A DNA stretch of 31,081 nt. Origin: a virus (lineage: Duplodnaviria > Caudoviricetes). Where the stretch lies: positions 1 through 31,081 of the IMG/VR virus record IMGVR_UViG_3300027657_000008; one strand, given 5' to 3'. A model generated the notes under the pieces. It did not search any database, was not told where the DNA came from, and saw nothing but the letters and a program-made list of their open reading frames with translations. The position numbers were made by a program, and so were the translations under genes. This document shows positions 8,596 through 16,136 of this stretch, piece by piece; positions within the stretch are counted from its first letter, which is position 1, and the number at the start of each line of letters is the position of its first letter.

Positions 8596-9272
8596 TTGAA
8601 TGGATGACGGTTAGTAAGCAGAAGTGCGACGGCGGGCGGCTTGGCTACCAGATGCACAAGCTTAACCGCTGCATGGCCGAGGCGCCGGCGCATCGCAGGC
8701 GTGTGGCCGTAGACGTGGGCGCCCATGTGGGCCTGTGGTCCTGGCCGTTGGCGCACCGGTTCGGTACAGTGCACGCGTTTGAGCCCATGCCCGAGCATCA
8801 GGATTGTTGGTACGCCAACATGGGGCAGCATTCAGCGGCCATAGAAATGCCGCAGCTGGCGGTTGGGGCGGAAACGGACGTACCCGCGCTTAACGCCTTG
8901 TTGCATGGGGTCGCGTTAGGCGAGAACATTCGCCCTGTGCGAATCGCGACCCGCACACCGGGGAGTAGCGGTGATACTGGGGTCGACGTTAGGGGGCTCG
9001 AAGTGGAGATGCGCACTTTAGATAGCTTCGAGCTTGATAAAGTGGACTTTATTAAGGTCGACACGGAAGGCTATGAGCCGTTTGTGATCGATGGCGCACG
9101 CGAGACTATCGCCCGGTGTCGGCCCGCGTGCATAGTGGTCGAGCAGAAACCCGAGACGGGAGGGGCGCAGCGCTACGGGACGACGGTCACTGCAGCGGTG
9201 GAATTGCTCGAGACGATGGGGTACCGCAAGGCTGCGGTGTTGCAAGGCGACTACATAATGGTGCCGCGCTGA
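8541..9272 (+). CDS. FkbM-family SAM-dependent methyltransferase
   Basis: VDVGAHVGLWS, VHAFEP, VALG, MRTLDSF, VDFIKVDTEGYEPFVIDGA, VVEQ; GGAG RBS favours ATG 8541 (8526 alternative). Confidence 0.92.
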   Translation: MQFNEPTGWWLPDGETHLIEWMTVSKQKCDGGRLGYQMHKLNRCMAEAPAHRRRVAVDVGAHVGLWSWPLAHRFGTVHAFEPMPEHQDCWYANMGQHSAAIEMPQLAVGAETDVPALNALLHGVALGENIRPVRIATRTPGSSGDTGVDVRGLEVEMRTLDSFELDKVDFIKVDTEGYEPFVIDGARETIARCRPACIVVEQKPETGGAQRYGTTVTAAVELLETMGYRKAAVLQGDYIMVPR

Positions 9273-9991
9273 TGGGGTACGGTGATGAGATCATGGCGGC
9301 GGGGCATGCCGAGTCGATGGGCCACCCCGTGCGCATCGTGGGCACACGGGGGGAGATTCGCTGGCACCCGCTGTGGGAGGGCAACCCGTTCATCACACGC
9401 CGGCTGTCCGATCCGGCGATACGCAATGGCCCCGGGTGCCGTCCCTATCTGGTGTACCCGTTCACGCACGCCGGGGGCGCACACTTCACCGGCTGGCGCG
9501 CCCGGGATCACCGGGGGCGGCTGTACGGCATAGAGCCCGGGTGGCTGAGCGGCCTGGTGGTCATCGAACCTAACCTTGCGTCCGACGGCAACCCCAACAA
9601 GCGCTGGCCCATGGAGCGCTGGCAAGCTGTGGTCGATGCGCGCCCCGACCTACCGTGGCTGCAGATGTCTGGGCCACACATGTTGCGCGGGGTGCAGCAA
9701 GTGCGGCCTCGGACCTTCGTGGACGCGTGTGCGCTCCTGGCCGGGGCGAGGGCGGCCCTGGTACCTGAGGGCGGCCTGCATCATGCTGCAGCGGCTTTGC
9801 AGGTTCCCGCGGTTGTCTTGTTTGGGCAGCACACGCCGCTCGAGGTCACAGGGTACCCAGAGCACATCAACCTAACGGGGGGCGACGGGGAGGCGTGCGG
9901 CAAGTGGCTGCCGTGCGACCATTGCGCGCGAGTGATGGATCGGATAACCGTGGAGGAAGTACTCAATGCGCTGGATTACGTTACTGATTAG
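9272..9991 (+). CDS. Glycosyltransferase family 9-like (heptosyltransferase fold)
   Basis: MGYGDEIM, NPFI, NKRWPMERWQAVV, EGGLHHAAAALQVPAVVLFG, C..C.HC...MDRITVEEV; TGATG coupling to FkbM. Confidence 0.88.
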   Translation: MGYGDEIMAAGHAESMGHPVRIVGTRGEIRWHPLWEGNPFITRRLSDPAIRNGPGCRPYLVYPFTHAGGAHFTGWRARDHRGRLYGIEPGWLSGLVVIEPNLASDGNPNKRWPMERWQAVVDARPDLPWLQMSGPHMLRGVQQVRPRTFVDACALLAGARAALVPEGGLHHAAAALQVPAVVLFGQHTPLEVTGYPEHINLTGGDGEACGKWLPCDHCARVMDRITVEEVLNALDYVTD

Positions 9992-10793
9992 CCTGATGGC
10001 GGCCCCGGCGTGGGCGGACGGGCCCTGGGTCATGGACGCCGGCACCGCGACCCGTACGGTCACAGCCACACATGGGTGGATGCCGGGTGCCGCGCCGGCG
10101 GGCTTCCCGGGCTCCGCGCCCCTGCAGGCCTCGCCGGATATGGGGCTCAATGCAGAGACCGGTACGCCGGCGCTTAGCTTTGCGTGGACGCCGCCTTCGC
10201 CCGGCACCTATTACGTGTGGCTGGTCGGCTGGGCCAAGGGCGGGGCGGCGGACACAGCAGTCGTGGGGCTCAACGGCGCCAGGCTGTCTCGGGTTGCCTT
10301 TACGCCACTCCGGCAGTGGACGCGGTCTAAGCCGGTGCCCGTCACGGTCGGCGCGACCCCGGTAAGCATTGATGCGCATATGCGCGAGGACGGACTGTGG
10401 CTGGCGCAGTTGGTTATCACGCGCGAGCCGGTGTGGGAGGCGCCAGACCCCGACGGCGACACCGGGGAGCACTCTTTCCCGCTTGTGTTCACCTGGCGCC
10501 AACCTGACGTGGCCGATTTTCCCTCCATGACTTGGCGGCTACGGTACAAACTGGGCGGCCAGGACTACGTGCACATCCAGGGTATTGAGCAGCAGCGCTA
10601 TGAGCGGTCAGTATTGGCCCTTCCTGATACAGAGCTGACAGCCTGGGTCAGAGCGTGTGAGCCTAAAGGTTGTTCCGCATGGTCGCTACCTGTGACCGTG
10701 ACGCTAGAACTCCCGGTGGACGAGGTCGATCCGGACGCTGGCACGGGTGATGCAGAGATACCAGTGGAGCTTAGTATTCAACTGGTGAACTGA
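9966..10793 (+). CDS. Secreted protein: signal peptide + carbohydrate-binding-like beta-sandwich + FN3-like domain
   Basis: MRWITLLISLMAAPAWA signal peptide; GTYYVWLVG...DTAVVGLNG...MREDGL pattern; C-terminal FTW..P, WRLRY, VRAC...GCSAWS.PV. Confidence 0.7.
   Translation: MRWITLLISLMAAPAWADGPWVMDAGTATRTVTATHGWMPGAAPAGFPGSAPLQASPDMGLNAETGTPALSFAWTPPSPGTYYVWLVGWAKGGAADTAVVGLNGARLSRVAFTPLRQWTRSKPVPVTVGATPVSIDAHMREDGLWLAQLVITREPVWEAPDPDGDTGEHSFPLVFTWRQPDVADFPSMTWRLRYKLGGQDYVHIQGIEQQRYERSVLALPDTELTAWVRACEPKGCSAWSLPVTVTLELPVDEVDPDAGTGDAEIPVELSIQLVN
10739..10754 (+). promoter_or_regulatory. Candidate sigma54 promoter upstream of membrane-protein cluster
   Basis: TGGCACGGGTGATGCA; GG 10740-41, GC 10752-53; ~40 nt before ATG 10795. 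Confidence 0.55.
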
Positions 10794-10794
10794 A

Positions 10795-11067
10795 ATGCAC
10801 TACACTGGCACGCACTTGAGCATACACACCTCAGATGAGGGTATCACCGTGTGGATTGGCGAGTATCACTGCCACACTCCCGGCTGCTGGATTGCACCCG
10901 CGGCGGCCGTAGTGGCCGCCCTGGCCGGCGGGTTTGCCGCTTGGGCCTGGCTGGATGCCCCTGAGCTAGGCGTCTTCGCCGGTCTCGCGGCCGGCTGCAC
11001 AGCCTATGCAGTGGGGGAGGCCGTAGCATTCGAGCGGAGGATTCGCCGCGTCCGCGGGAAGATGTAG
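10795..11067 (+). CDS. Hypothetical membrane protein (2 TM)
   Basis: Two hydrophobic segments, basic C-terminus. Confidence 0.6.
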   Translation: MHYTGTHLSIHTSDEGITVWIGEYHCHTPGCWIAPAAAVVAALAGGFAAWAWLDAPELGVFAGLAAGCTAYAVGEAVAFERRIRRVRGKM

Positions 11068-11339
11068 TGGTAGGGCAACCGAAGCCGCGCATTCACGCGC
11101 GCACTACTGGCTACACGCTCGCGCATCTTAAGGCGGACTTACGCGAGCATGAGGCCAGAACGCATGCTGAATTTACCGAGATGCACGCGCGTTTGGACAA
11201 GTTGGCAGAGGAATTCCGCATGTCACTGGAAAAGCGTGTGTCTCTGGACCGGTATCGGCCAGTCGAAATGCTGGCCTTCGGTGCCATAACGCTAATTTTT
11301 GGCGCTTTAGCTGCTTTCGTACTGGGAGTACTGCGATAA
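11067..11339 (+). CDS. Coiled-coil protein with C-terminal TM anchor
   Basis: Helical charged N-part then RYRPVEMLAFGAITLIFGALAAFVLGVLR; stop/start coupled both sides. Confidence 0.65.
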   Translation: MVGQPKPRIHARTTGYTLAHLKADLREHEARTHAEFTEMHARLDKLAEEFRMSLEKRVSLDRYRPVEMLAFGAITLIFGALAAFVLGVLR

Positions 11340-11542
11340 TGTTTGACGCTTACATCACCGGGGGCAAGGTGCTCAACATCCTACCCCAAGAGTTCTCGGC
11401 GAAGCTCCCGCGGCCTTACGCAGAGTTGAGCCCGCTGGAATATGACTACTGGGTGCGGGACCTATCGTTGAACCTGGCGCACAAACTGCGCGAACGGCTT
11501 GCCGCGTTGCGCCCAGGGGGCGGCCATGCGCCAAGGGCCTGA
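11339..11542 (+). CDS. Hypothetical protein (67 aa)
   Basis: GGGAG RBS, TAATG coupling. Confidence 0.6.
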   Translation: MFDAYITGGKVLNILPQEFSAKLPRPYAELSPLEYDYWVRDLSLNLAHKLRERLAALRPGGGHAPRA

Positions 11543-11654
11543 GATCACTTGGCGTAGTGTTGTGGCGTTATGCGTGGCCGGCGCGATGTGCCTGTATGTG
11601 TGGTATTTGCTCTGGTATATTCTCGGCGCACTCTGGTATATGATCGCCGGATGA
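11526..11654 (+). CDS. Small hydrophobic peptide (42 aa, MRQGPEITWRSVVALCVAGAMCLYVWYLLWYILGALWYMIAG), below ORF-track cutoff
   Basis: AGGGGG RBS; ATGA overlap with next gene start 11651. Confidence 0.62.
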   Translation: MRQGPEITWRSVVALCVAGAMCLYVWYLLWYILGALWYMIAG

Positions 11655-13252
11655 CCGCACATATCCGCACGTGGGCCTCACCGGTGGGCACGGCTACGGC
11701 CGCCACTGTAACGCTTGATGGGCCCCGTGTGGCTCCGGGCAACCTGCTCCTGGCGGTAGTGGCTCACGCTCGAGCCTACGCCGCCCCGCTACTCCCGCCC
11801 CCCGGGTGGGTTCTGCTACAGCGCATCCCGGTCGGTGGCGTCCAGGGTAACCTGGCCGCTGCCGTCTACGCTCGCACCGCCACCGGTGAGGAAACCGAGG
11901 CTACCTTTACTTGGCGCCAAGGTTTCCTCGCCTCCGCCGGCGGCGCGGCGGCCTTCGGAGGTGCTAGCGACGCGCTGTACAGCAGCGAGACTGGCCTGGC
12001 CGGGTGGACCCTGGGCCAGGGTAGCAGTATAGACACCTGGCGCCGCACTATCTGGGTGCCAGAGCTGGAGCAGTATGTGAGCGTCGGCGGCGGCACCGCG
12101 GTTGGCTTGGTGCAGACGAGTCCCGACGGTATCGTGTGGGCGCGGCGCGTCGTGGCGAGCGGTGCGTGGAATGACGTTACTTGGAGTCCTGAGCTGGGAC
12201 TGTTGGTCGCAGTGTCCGGCACAGGTGTCGGGCGCGTCATAACGAGCCCGGACGCTGTGACCTGGACCGAGCGCACCGCTGCAGCGTCCTTGGACTGGCG
12301 TGGCGTGGCGTGGGCCAGCGACATCGGCCTGTTTGCGGCCGTGGGCATTCCCGGGGGCGCCATGACAAGCCCCGACGGGGTGACCTGGACATCCCGCACG
12401 ATGCCAAGCGCTGTCAGCTGGCGCATAGTGCGCGCTACGTCAGGGCGGTTTGCCGCGGTAGCCAGCGCTGGCACCGGGGTGAGGGCAGCCACCAGTACCG
12501 ATGGAATCACCTGGGCCTCGGGCGACATCGCAACTAACAAAAACTGGCAGGGCTTGGCGCGCGCTCCGGACCTGGGACTGTGGCTGGCTTCCGCCAGCAG
12601 CGCGGGTGGCGCTCCCACCGCACTCATGGCCACGAGCCCCGACGGAGTGACGTGGACCAGTCGCACGGGCGCTATTGATCAGCGTTGGGACGCCTTGGAG
12701 TGGGCGGAGGAGCTAGGTCTGGCCGTAGCGGTGAGCAGCGATCCGACCAACCTGGCGCTTAATAAGGTCCAGACCAGTCCCGACGGGGTGACCTGGACGC
12801 AGGTAGCGGGTACTAGCGGCGGACAATGGACGAGTGTCACGTGGCGTCCCGGAGCTAGCGCTCCCGTCGCCGTCGTGCTAGAGTACAGTCGCGTCCAGGT
12901 CGCGGCTATAGCTGCGTCCGCAGATGATGATACCCGCTCCGCAACGCCAGCAGCCACGCAGCCGACCGGTACTGCCGCGGCGCCCGGGCCTGGGCTCGCA
13001 GTGGCGCTCCTGGCCGTGATGGGCGCCGGCTGGGATGACGCGTCAGTCAGTATCAGTGCTGGCTATGAGATCACCGAATTGGTGCGTGTCGGGGTGATCA
13101 CTGTCGCCGCGGCCGAGCGCGCAGTAACTGTGGCCGGCGACCAGACCGCTACCTGGTCCGCGGTCAACGCCGGGGGCCCCACGTACGGGGCGCAGCTAGC
13201 AATAACGCAGGGACCATCCGGGCTCATCGTGGCCGCGGTAGGGAGCCGATGA
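11651..13252 (+). CDS. Putative virion (head-associated) protein with ~7-blade Asp-box/BNR beta-propeller inserted in a beta-rich domain
   Basis: Six S[PT]D[GA]..W repeats plus one degenerate, ~43-aa spacing; flanks GNLLLAVV..PPGW..YARTATG.E...TFTW and VVLEYS.V; start ATG 11651 by coupling. Confidence 0.75.
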   Translation: MTAHIRTWASPVGTATAATVTLDGPRVAPGNLLLAVVAHARAYAAPLLPPPGWVLLQRIPVGGVQGNLAAAVYARTATGEETEATFTWRQGFLASAGGAAAFGGASDALYSSETGLAGWTLGQGSSIDTWRRTIWVPELEQYVSVGGGTAVGLVQTSPDGIVWARRVVASGAWNDVTWSPELGLLVAVSGTGVGRVITSPDAVTWTERTAAASLDWRGVAWASDIGLFAAVGIPGGAMTSPDGVTWTSRTMPSAVSWRIVRATSGRFAAVASAGTGVRAATSTDGITWASGDIATNKNWQGLARAPDLGLWLASASSAGGAPTALMATSPDGVTWTSRTGAIDQRWDALEWAEELGLAVAVSSDPTNLALNKVQTSPDGVTWTQVAGTSGGQWTSVTWRPGASAPVAVVLEYSRVQVAAIAASADDDTRSATPAATQPTGTAAAPGPGLAVALLAVMGAGWDDASVSISAGYEITELVRVGVITVAAAERAVTVAGDQTATWSAVNAGGPTYGAQLAITQGPSGLIVAAVGSR

Positions 13253-13896
13253 GCAACTATTGGACACACTATGACCGGATGCCCGAGCGCTGGCAGACGG
13301 TGCGCGCACAACCGCCGGTCACGGCGCTCATGACGCTGGCCGAGGCGCGCTCGCACCTGCGCCTGGACGCCTGCGACGGCACGCACCCGGACGACGCGCT
13401 GGTCACGCTGCTCATTGCCGCGGTCACCAGCGAGCTGGATGGTGTGGACGGGTGGCTCGGCCGCGCACTGCAGCCACAGGCCTACCGGCTGATCCTGGAC
13501 CGGTTTCCTTGCTACCGCGATCGCATCCGATTGCCCATGACCAGTCCGCAGACTCCTGGCGTTATGCCCATCACGCATGTGCGCTACCTGGACGACGAGG
13601 GCATCACGGTAGACCTGGACGATTGGGTTGTGGCCGTAGCCAGCGATCCAATCTACCTACTGCCGGCGCCCGCCACCGCGTGGCCGGACGTGCGCTGCCA
13701 GCCGGGCGCCGTCGAGATTCTGTACGACGCTGGGTACGAGTCGATCCCGGAAATGATCCGCGCCTACGCCAAGGTGCGGCTTGGGCAACTGTACGAATTC
13801 CGTGAGTTAGTCGTGGCCGGCGTCAGCATCGCGCCTGTGCCGTACCTGCTAGATAGCCTGGAGAACTTCCGGGCTCGCTGGCACTCGCCGGTATGA
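13249..13896 (+). CDS. Head-tail connector / adaptor (HK97 gp6, phiE125 gp8-like)
   Basis: TLAEARSHLRLD, DDALV..LI.A, GRAL..Q, LDRFP, VEILYDAGY, LYEFRE. Confidence 0.9.
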   Translation: MSNYWTHYDRMPERWQTVRAQPPVTALMTLAEARSHLRLDACDGTHPDDALVTLLIAAVTSELDGVDGWLGRALQPQAYRLILDRFPCYRDRIRLPMTSPQTPGVMPITHVRYLDDEGITVDLDDWVVAVASDPIYLLPAPATAWPDVRCQPGAVEILYDAGYESIPEMIRAYAKVRLGQLYEFRELVVAGVSIAPVPYLLDSLENFRARWHSPV

Positions 13897-14249
13897 GGGC
13901 CGGGCCGCTCCGCCACCGCGTGACGCTGTGGGCCCGGACGGAAGCCCAGGCCGCGAGCGGTGCCGTGACATGGACCTGGGCCGAGGTGTGCACGCTGTGG
14001 GGCGAGGTGACCTATGAGCGCGGGAGCAAAGGCTTTGCCGCGCAGCAACTGTACGGCACCCAGCCTGTACGCGTGCGCCTACGGGATCGCACCGGCATCC
14101 GAACCGACCAGAGGATTACATGGGCCCCCGAGTGCGCGACCACCCAGTTCCTGGAGATACTGAGCGTAATCCCGCCGACGGGCCGCGCCCTGGGAACGGA
14201 ACTCCATTGCCTGCTCAGGGAAGCGGACGGGTGGAGGACAGAAAAGTGA
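13893..14249 (+). CDS. Head closure protein (SPP1 gp16-like)
   Basis: MRAGPLRHRVTL, W.EVCTLWGEV, RVRLR.R.GI..DQRI. Confidence 0.9.
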   Translation: MRAGPLRHRVTLWARTEAQAASGAVTWTWAEVCTLWGEVTYERGSKGFAAQQLYGTQPVRVRLRDRTGIRTDQRITWAPECATTQFLEILSVIPPTGRALGTELHCLLREADGWRTEK

Positions 14250-14305
14250 GCCGCTGCAAGAAGTGTGCCAAGGTACGCGAGGTGCTGATGCCGTGGCTGA
14301 AGTAG
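14246..14305 (+). CDS. Putative 19-aa CxxC micropeptide (MSRCKKCAKVREVLMPWLK)
   Basis: GGAGGA RBS at 14233-38, 7 nt before GTG; GTGA coupling to head-closure stop. Confidence 0.5.
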   Translation: MSRCKKCAKVREVLMPWLK

Positions 14306-14721
14306 TCTCCGGTCTCCGGGAGCTGGACCGCAAGCTCGCGGCGCTTGGCGGCGCCCTGGGCCAGAAGGTACTCCGCAATGCGACCCGCGCGGCCATGACG
14401 CCGGTACTGAAAGCGGCACGCGCGGCCGCGCCCGTAGGCACCGAAGCGCACCGCACCTACCAGGGGCGACTCGTGGCGCCGGGCTTCGCCAAGCGCAACC
14501 TGCGCATAGTGACCTACCGCAACCGCCAGACTGGCAAGGTCGGCGCGTTACTGGGAGTACGGCGGGAGGCGTTCTACGCACTGCAATTTTGGGTCTACGG
14601 CGCTTACGGCCGGAAGCGGCGTGACTGGCTGACCCCAGTATTCGAGGCGGGCCAGTCTGCGATGCTGACGCTACTCAAGACTGAGACCGCTAAGCGCATC
14701 CTCAAGGCGGCGAAGTCATGA
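14293..14721 (+). CDS. HK97 gp10-like neck/tail-completion protein
   Basis: VSGLRELDRKL..L, KVLRNA.RAA..PV...AR..APV, FYA.F..YG, WL.PVFE; GAGGTG RBS favours GTG 14293. Confidence 0.85.
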   Translation: MAEVVSGLRELDRKLAALGGALGQKVLRNATRAAMTPVLKAARAAAPVGTEAHRTYQGRLVAPGFAKRNLRIVTYRNRQTGKVGALLGVRREAFYALQFWVYGAYGRKRRDWLTPVFEAGQSAMLTLLKTETAKRILKAAKS

Positions 14722-15125
14722 ACTACGCGGACTTCCGCAGCGTGGTGCTCGCGGCGGCACCGGTGGCGGCGATCGTGGCGGCGCGTGTGTTCCCGCTGAT
14801 CGTGCCACAAGAGGTGTGGTCGAGCCCGACCCGCAAGCCCTGCATTGTATTTACAACGCGAAGTGTACAAAGGCAGGTCCGCACGTGCGGCACGGATGAG
14901 TTGCTGCAGGAACGGGTGGACCTTGACTGCTACGCACGGGACAGCGACACTTGTCAGTTGCTCGCCGCTGCTGTAAGATTGGCACTCATTGATTTTCGCG
15001 GCACGGTGGGTGCTACCCGCTTCGGGCCGTTCCATTTAGAGTCGGAGACAGACCTGGACGACGATGAGCCCGGCCTGTTTCGTCGTGTCCTAACCTTTAG
15101 CATCTGGAGTCGCCCGGCGCCATGA
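14718..15125 (+). CDS. Tail terminator protein, DUF3168 family
   Basis: V.AIV.ARVFP...PQ, PCIVF, RV.LDCYA, LAAAVR.AL. Confidence 0.85.
   Translation: MNYADFRSVVLAAAPVAAIVAARVFPLIVPQEVWSSPTRKPCIVFTTRSVQRQVRTCGTDELLQERVDLDCYARDSDTCQLLAAAVRLALIDFRGTVGATRFGPFHLESETDLDDDEPGLFRRVLTFSIWSRPAP
14999..15014 (+). promoter_or_regulatory. Candidate sigma54 promoter upstream of major tail gene
   Basis: CGGCACGGTGGGTGCT; GG 15000-01, GC 15012-13; preceded by an AT-rich IHF-like stretch. Confidence 0.45.
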
Positions 15126-15544
15126 CTACCCAAGCCTTTGTTGGCAATATCTTCTTCGAGCGCGGCGACGCCGCCAGTCCCGAGACCTTCCTCCGGATTT
15201 GCCAGGTGTTTGGCATCGACGGCCTTGGCGAGACAAACGCGATTGTCGAAGCCACCACCATGTGCTCCGAGGGTAGCCGCGAGTATATCGCGGGCCTGGC
15301 CGATGGCAGTGAGATCAGCATCGAGGCTAATTACGAGCAGAACGACACTGACCTAGAGCTACTGGTCGCTGACGTGAAAGCCAAGAGCGTTCGCAACTAC
15401 CAAGTTGTGGTCGAGGATGTGAGCCCGGCCGAGGTGTTCTCCTTCGCTGCCATCCCGCTGAGCTGGACACTGAATCCATCGGTCGATGACCGCAACACGA
15501 TCACCTTTACCTTCAAGGTGACCGGCGCGATCACTATCGTCTAA
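15122..15544 (+). CDS. Major tail tube protein
   Basis: GD.ASPETF, VEATT, REYIAGLADG.EISIE.NY, TFKVTGAIT; position between terminator and chaperone. Confidence 0.9.
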   Translation: MTTQAFVGNIFFERGDAASPETFLRICQVFGIDGLGETNAIVEATTMCSEGSREYIAGLADGSEISIEANYEQNDTDLELLVADVKAKSVRNYQVVVEDVSPAEVFSFAAIPLSWTLNPSVDDRNTITFTFKVTGAITIV

Positions 15545-15828
15545 TGAACAAACAAGAATTCCTTTTGAAGGGGGCGCTGCGCCAGGCCTACGTCGAGACC
15601 GATGCAGGTGCGGCCGTAGTGCGGGAGCTAACCGTTGCCGAGCGTGGCGAGTACGTGGAGCTGGCCAAGGCCGCCCCACACCGGCTTGTGCCGTGGCTTG
15701 TCGCCATTTGCCTGGCTGATCCGCAGCTGACTGAGGATGAGACCGCCAGCCTGAGCCCGGCAGTACTGGATGTACTGGCGCGCGGCGCACTCAAGGTTAG
15801 CGGACTGGTCGACGCGGGAAACGACTAA
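15544..15828 (+). CDS. Tail assembly chaperone (lambda gpG analogue)
   Basis: VVRELT..ER motif; ends in a slippery heptamer; canonical position. Confidence 0.85.
   Translation: MNKQEFLLKGALRQAYVETDAGAAVVRELTVAERGEYVELAKAAPHRLVPWLVAICLADPQLTEDETASLSPAVLDVLARGALKVSGLVDAGND
15816..15822 (+). other. Programmed -1 ribosomal frameshift site G GGA AAC
   Basis: X XXY YYZ heptamer in the correct phase just before the chaperone stop; -1 frame reads GKRLTPEQL into ORF 15843-16136. Confidence 0.88.
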
Positions 15829-15842
15829 CCCCGGAGCAACTG

Positions 15843-16136
15843 ATGTGGCACCGTCTAGCACTTGGGCTCGGCGGGCGCAGCATCGGGGAATGGCAGCACG
15901 CCATGGGCGCCGGGGAGTTTGCCGATTGGTGCAGCTATTGGCGCGAGGAACCATGGGGTGCCTGGCGCGACAACATGCACTCGGCGGTACTGACGGCAGC
16001 GGTGATCAACTCGACGCCCGGCCGCAAGAAGGCCGTAAAGCCTGACGACTTCATGCTAAAGTCTCGTGACGCCAAGAGGGCGGCGACCACAATCAAATCA
16101 CTGGCGGCACTCCGGGCCCTGGCGAAACGTAAATGA
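15843..16136 (+). CDS. Tail assembly chaperone C-terminal extension (gpT analogue, expressed via frameshift)
   Basis: LAL.LG.R.I.E, EF..W..Y...EPWG..R.N, KPDDFM motifs. Confidence 0.85.
   Translation: MWHRLALGLGGRSIGEWQHAMGAGEFADWCSYWREEPWGAWRDNMHSAVLTAAVINSTPGRKKAVKPDDFMLKSRDAKRAATTIKSLAALRALAKRK

Noticed and set aside
7867-9991. DNA hypermodification role for the GT/methyltransferase cluster
   Set aside because: Not excluded but disfavoured: no base hydroxymethylase, TET/JBP or nucleotide kinase genes in the window, and the cluster is in the late head operon.
11300-11490. Weaker GG-N10-GC motifs at 11300 and 11475 (also 5418, 20414, 25140)
   Set aside because: Correct spacing but poorer consensus match or explained by conserved codons (IIHA at 20414); cannot be separated from chance without a PWM scan.
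12100-12800. Regularly spaced ~130-bp repeats resembling a CRISPR array or DGR repeats
   Set aside because: Degenerate at third codon positions and in frame, so they are protein blade repeats; no cas or reverse transcriptase genes and no adenine-specific variation.
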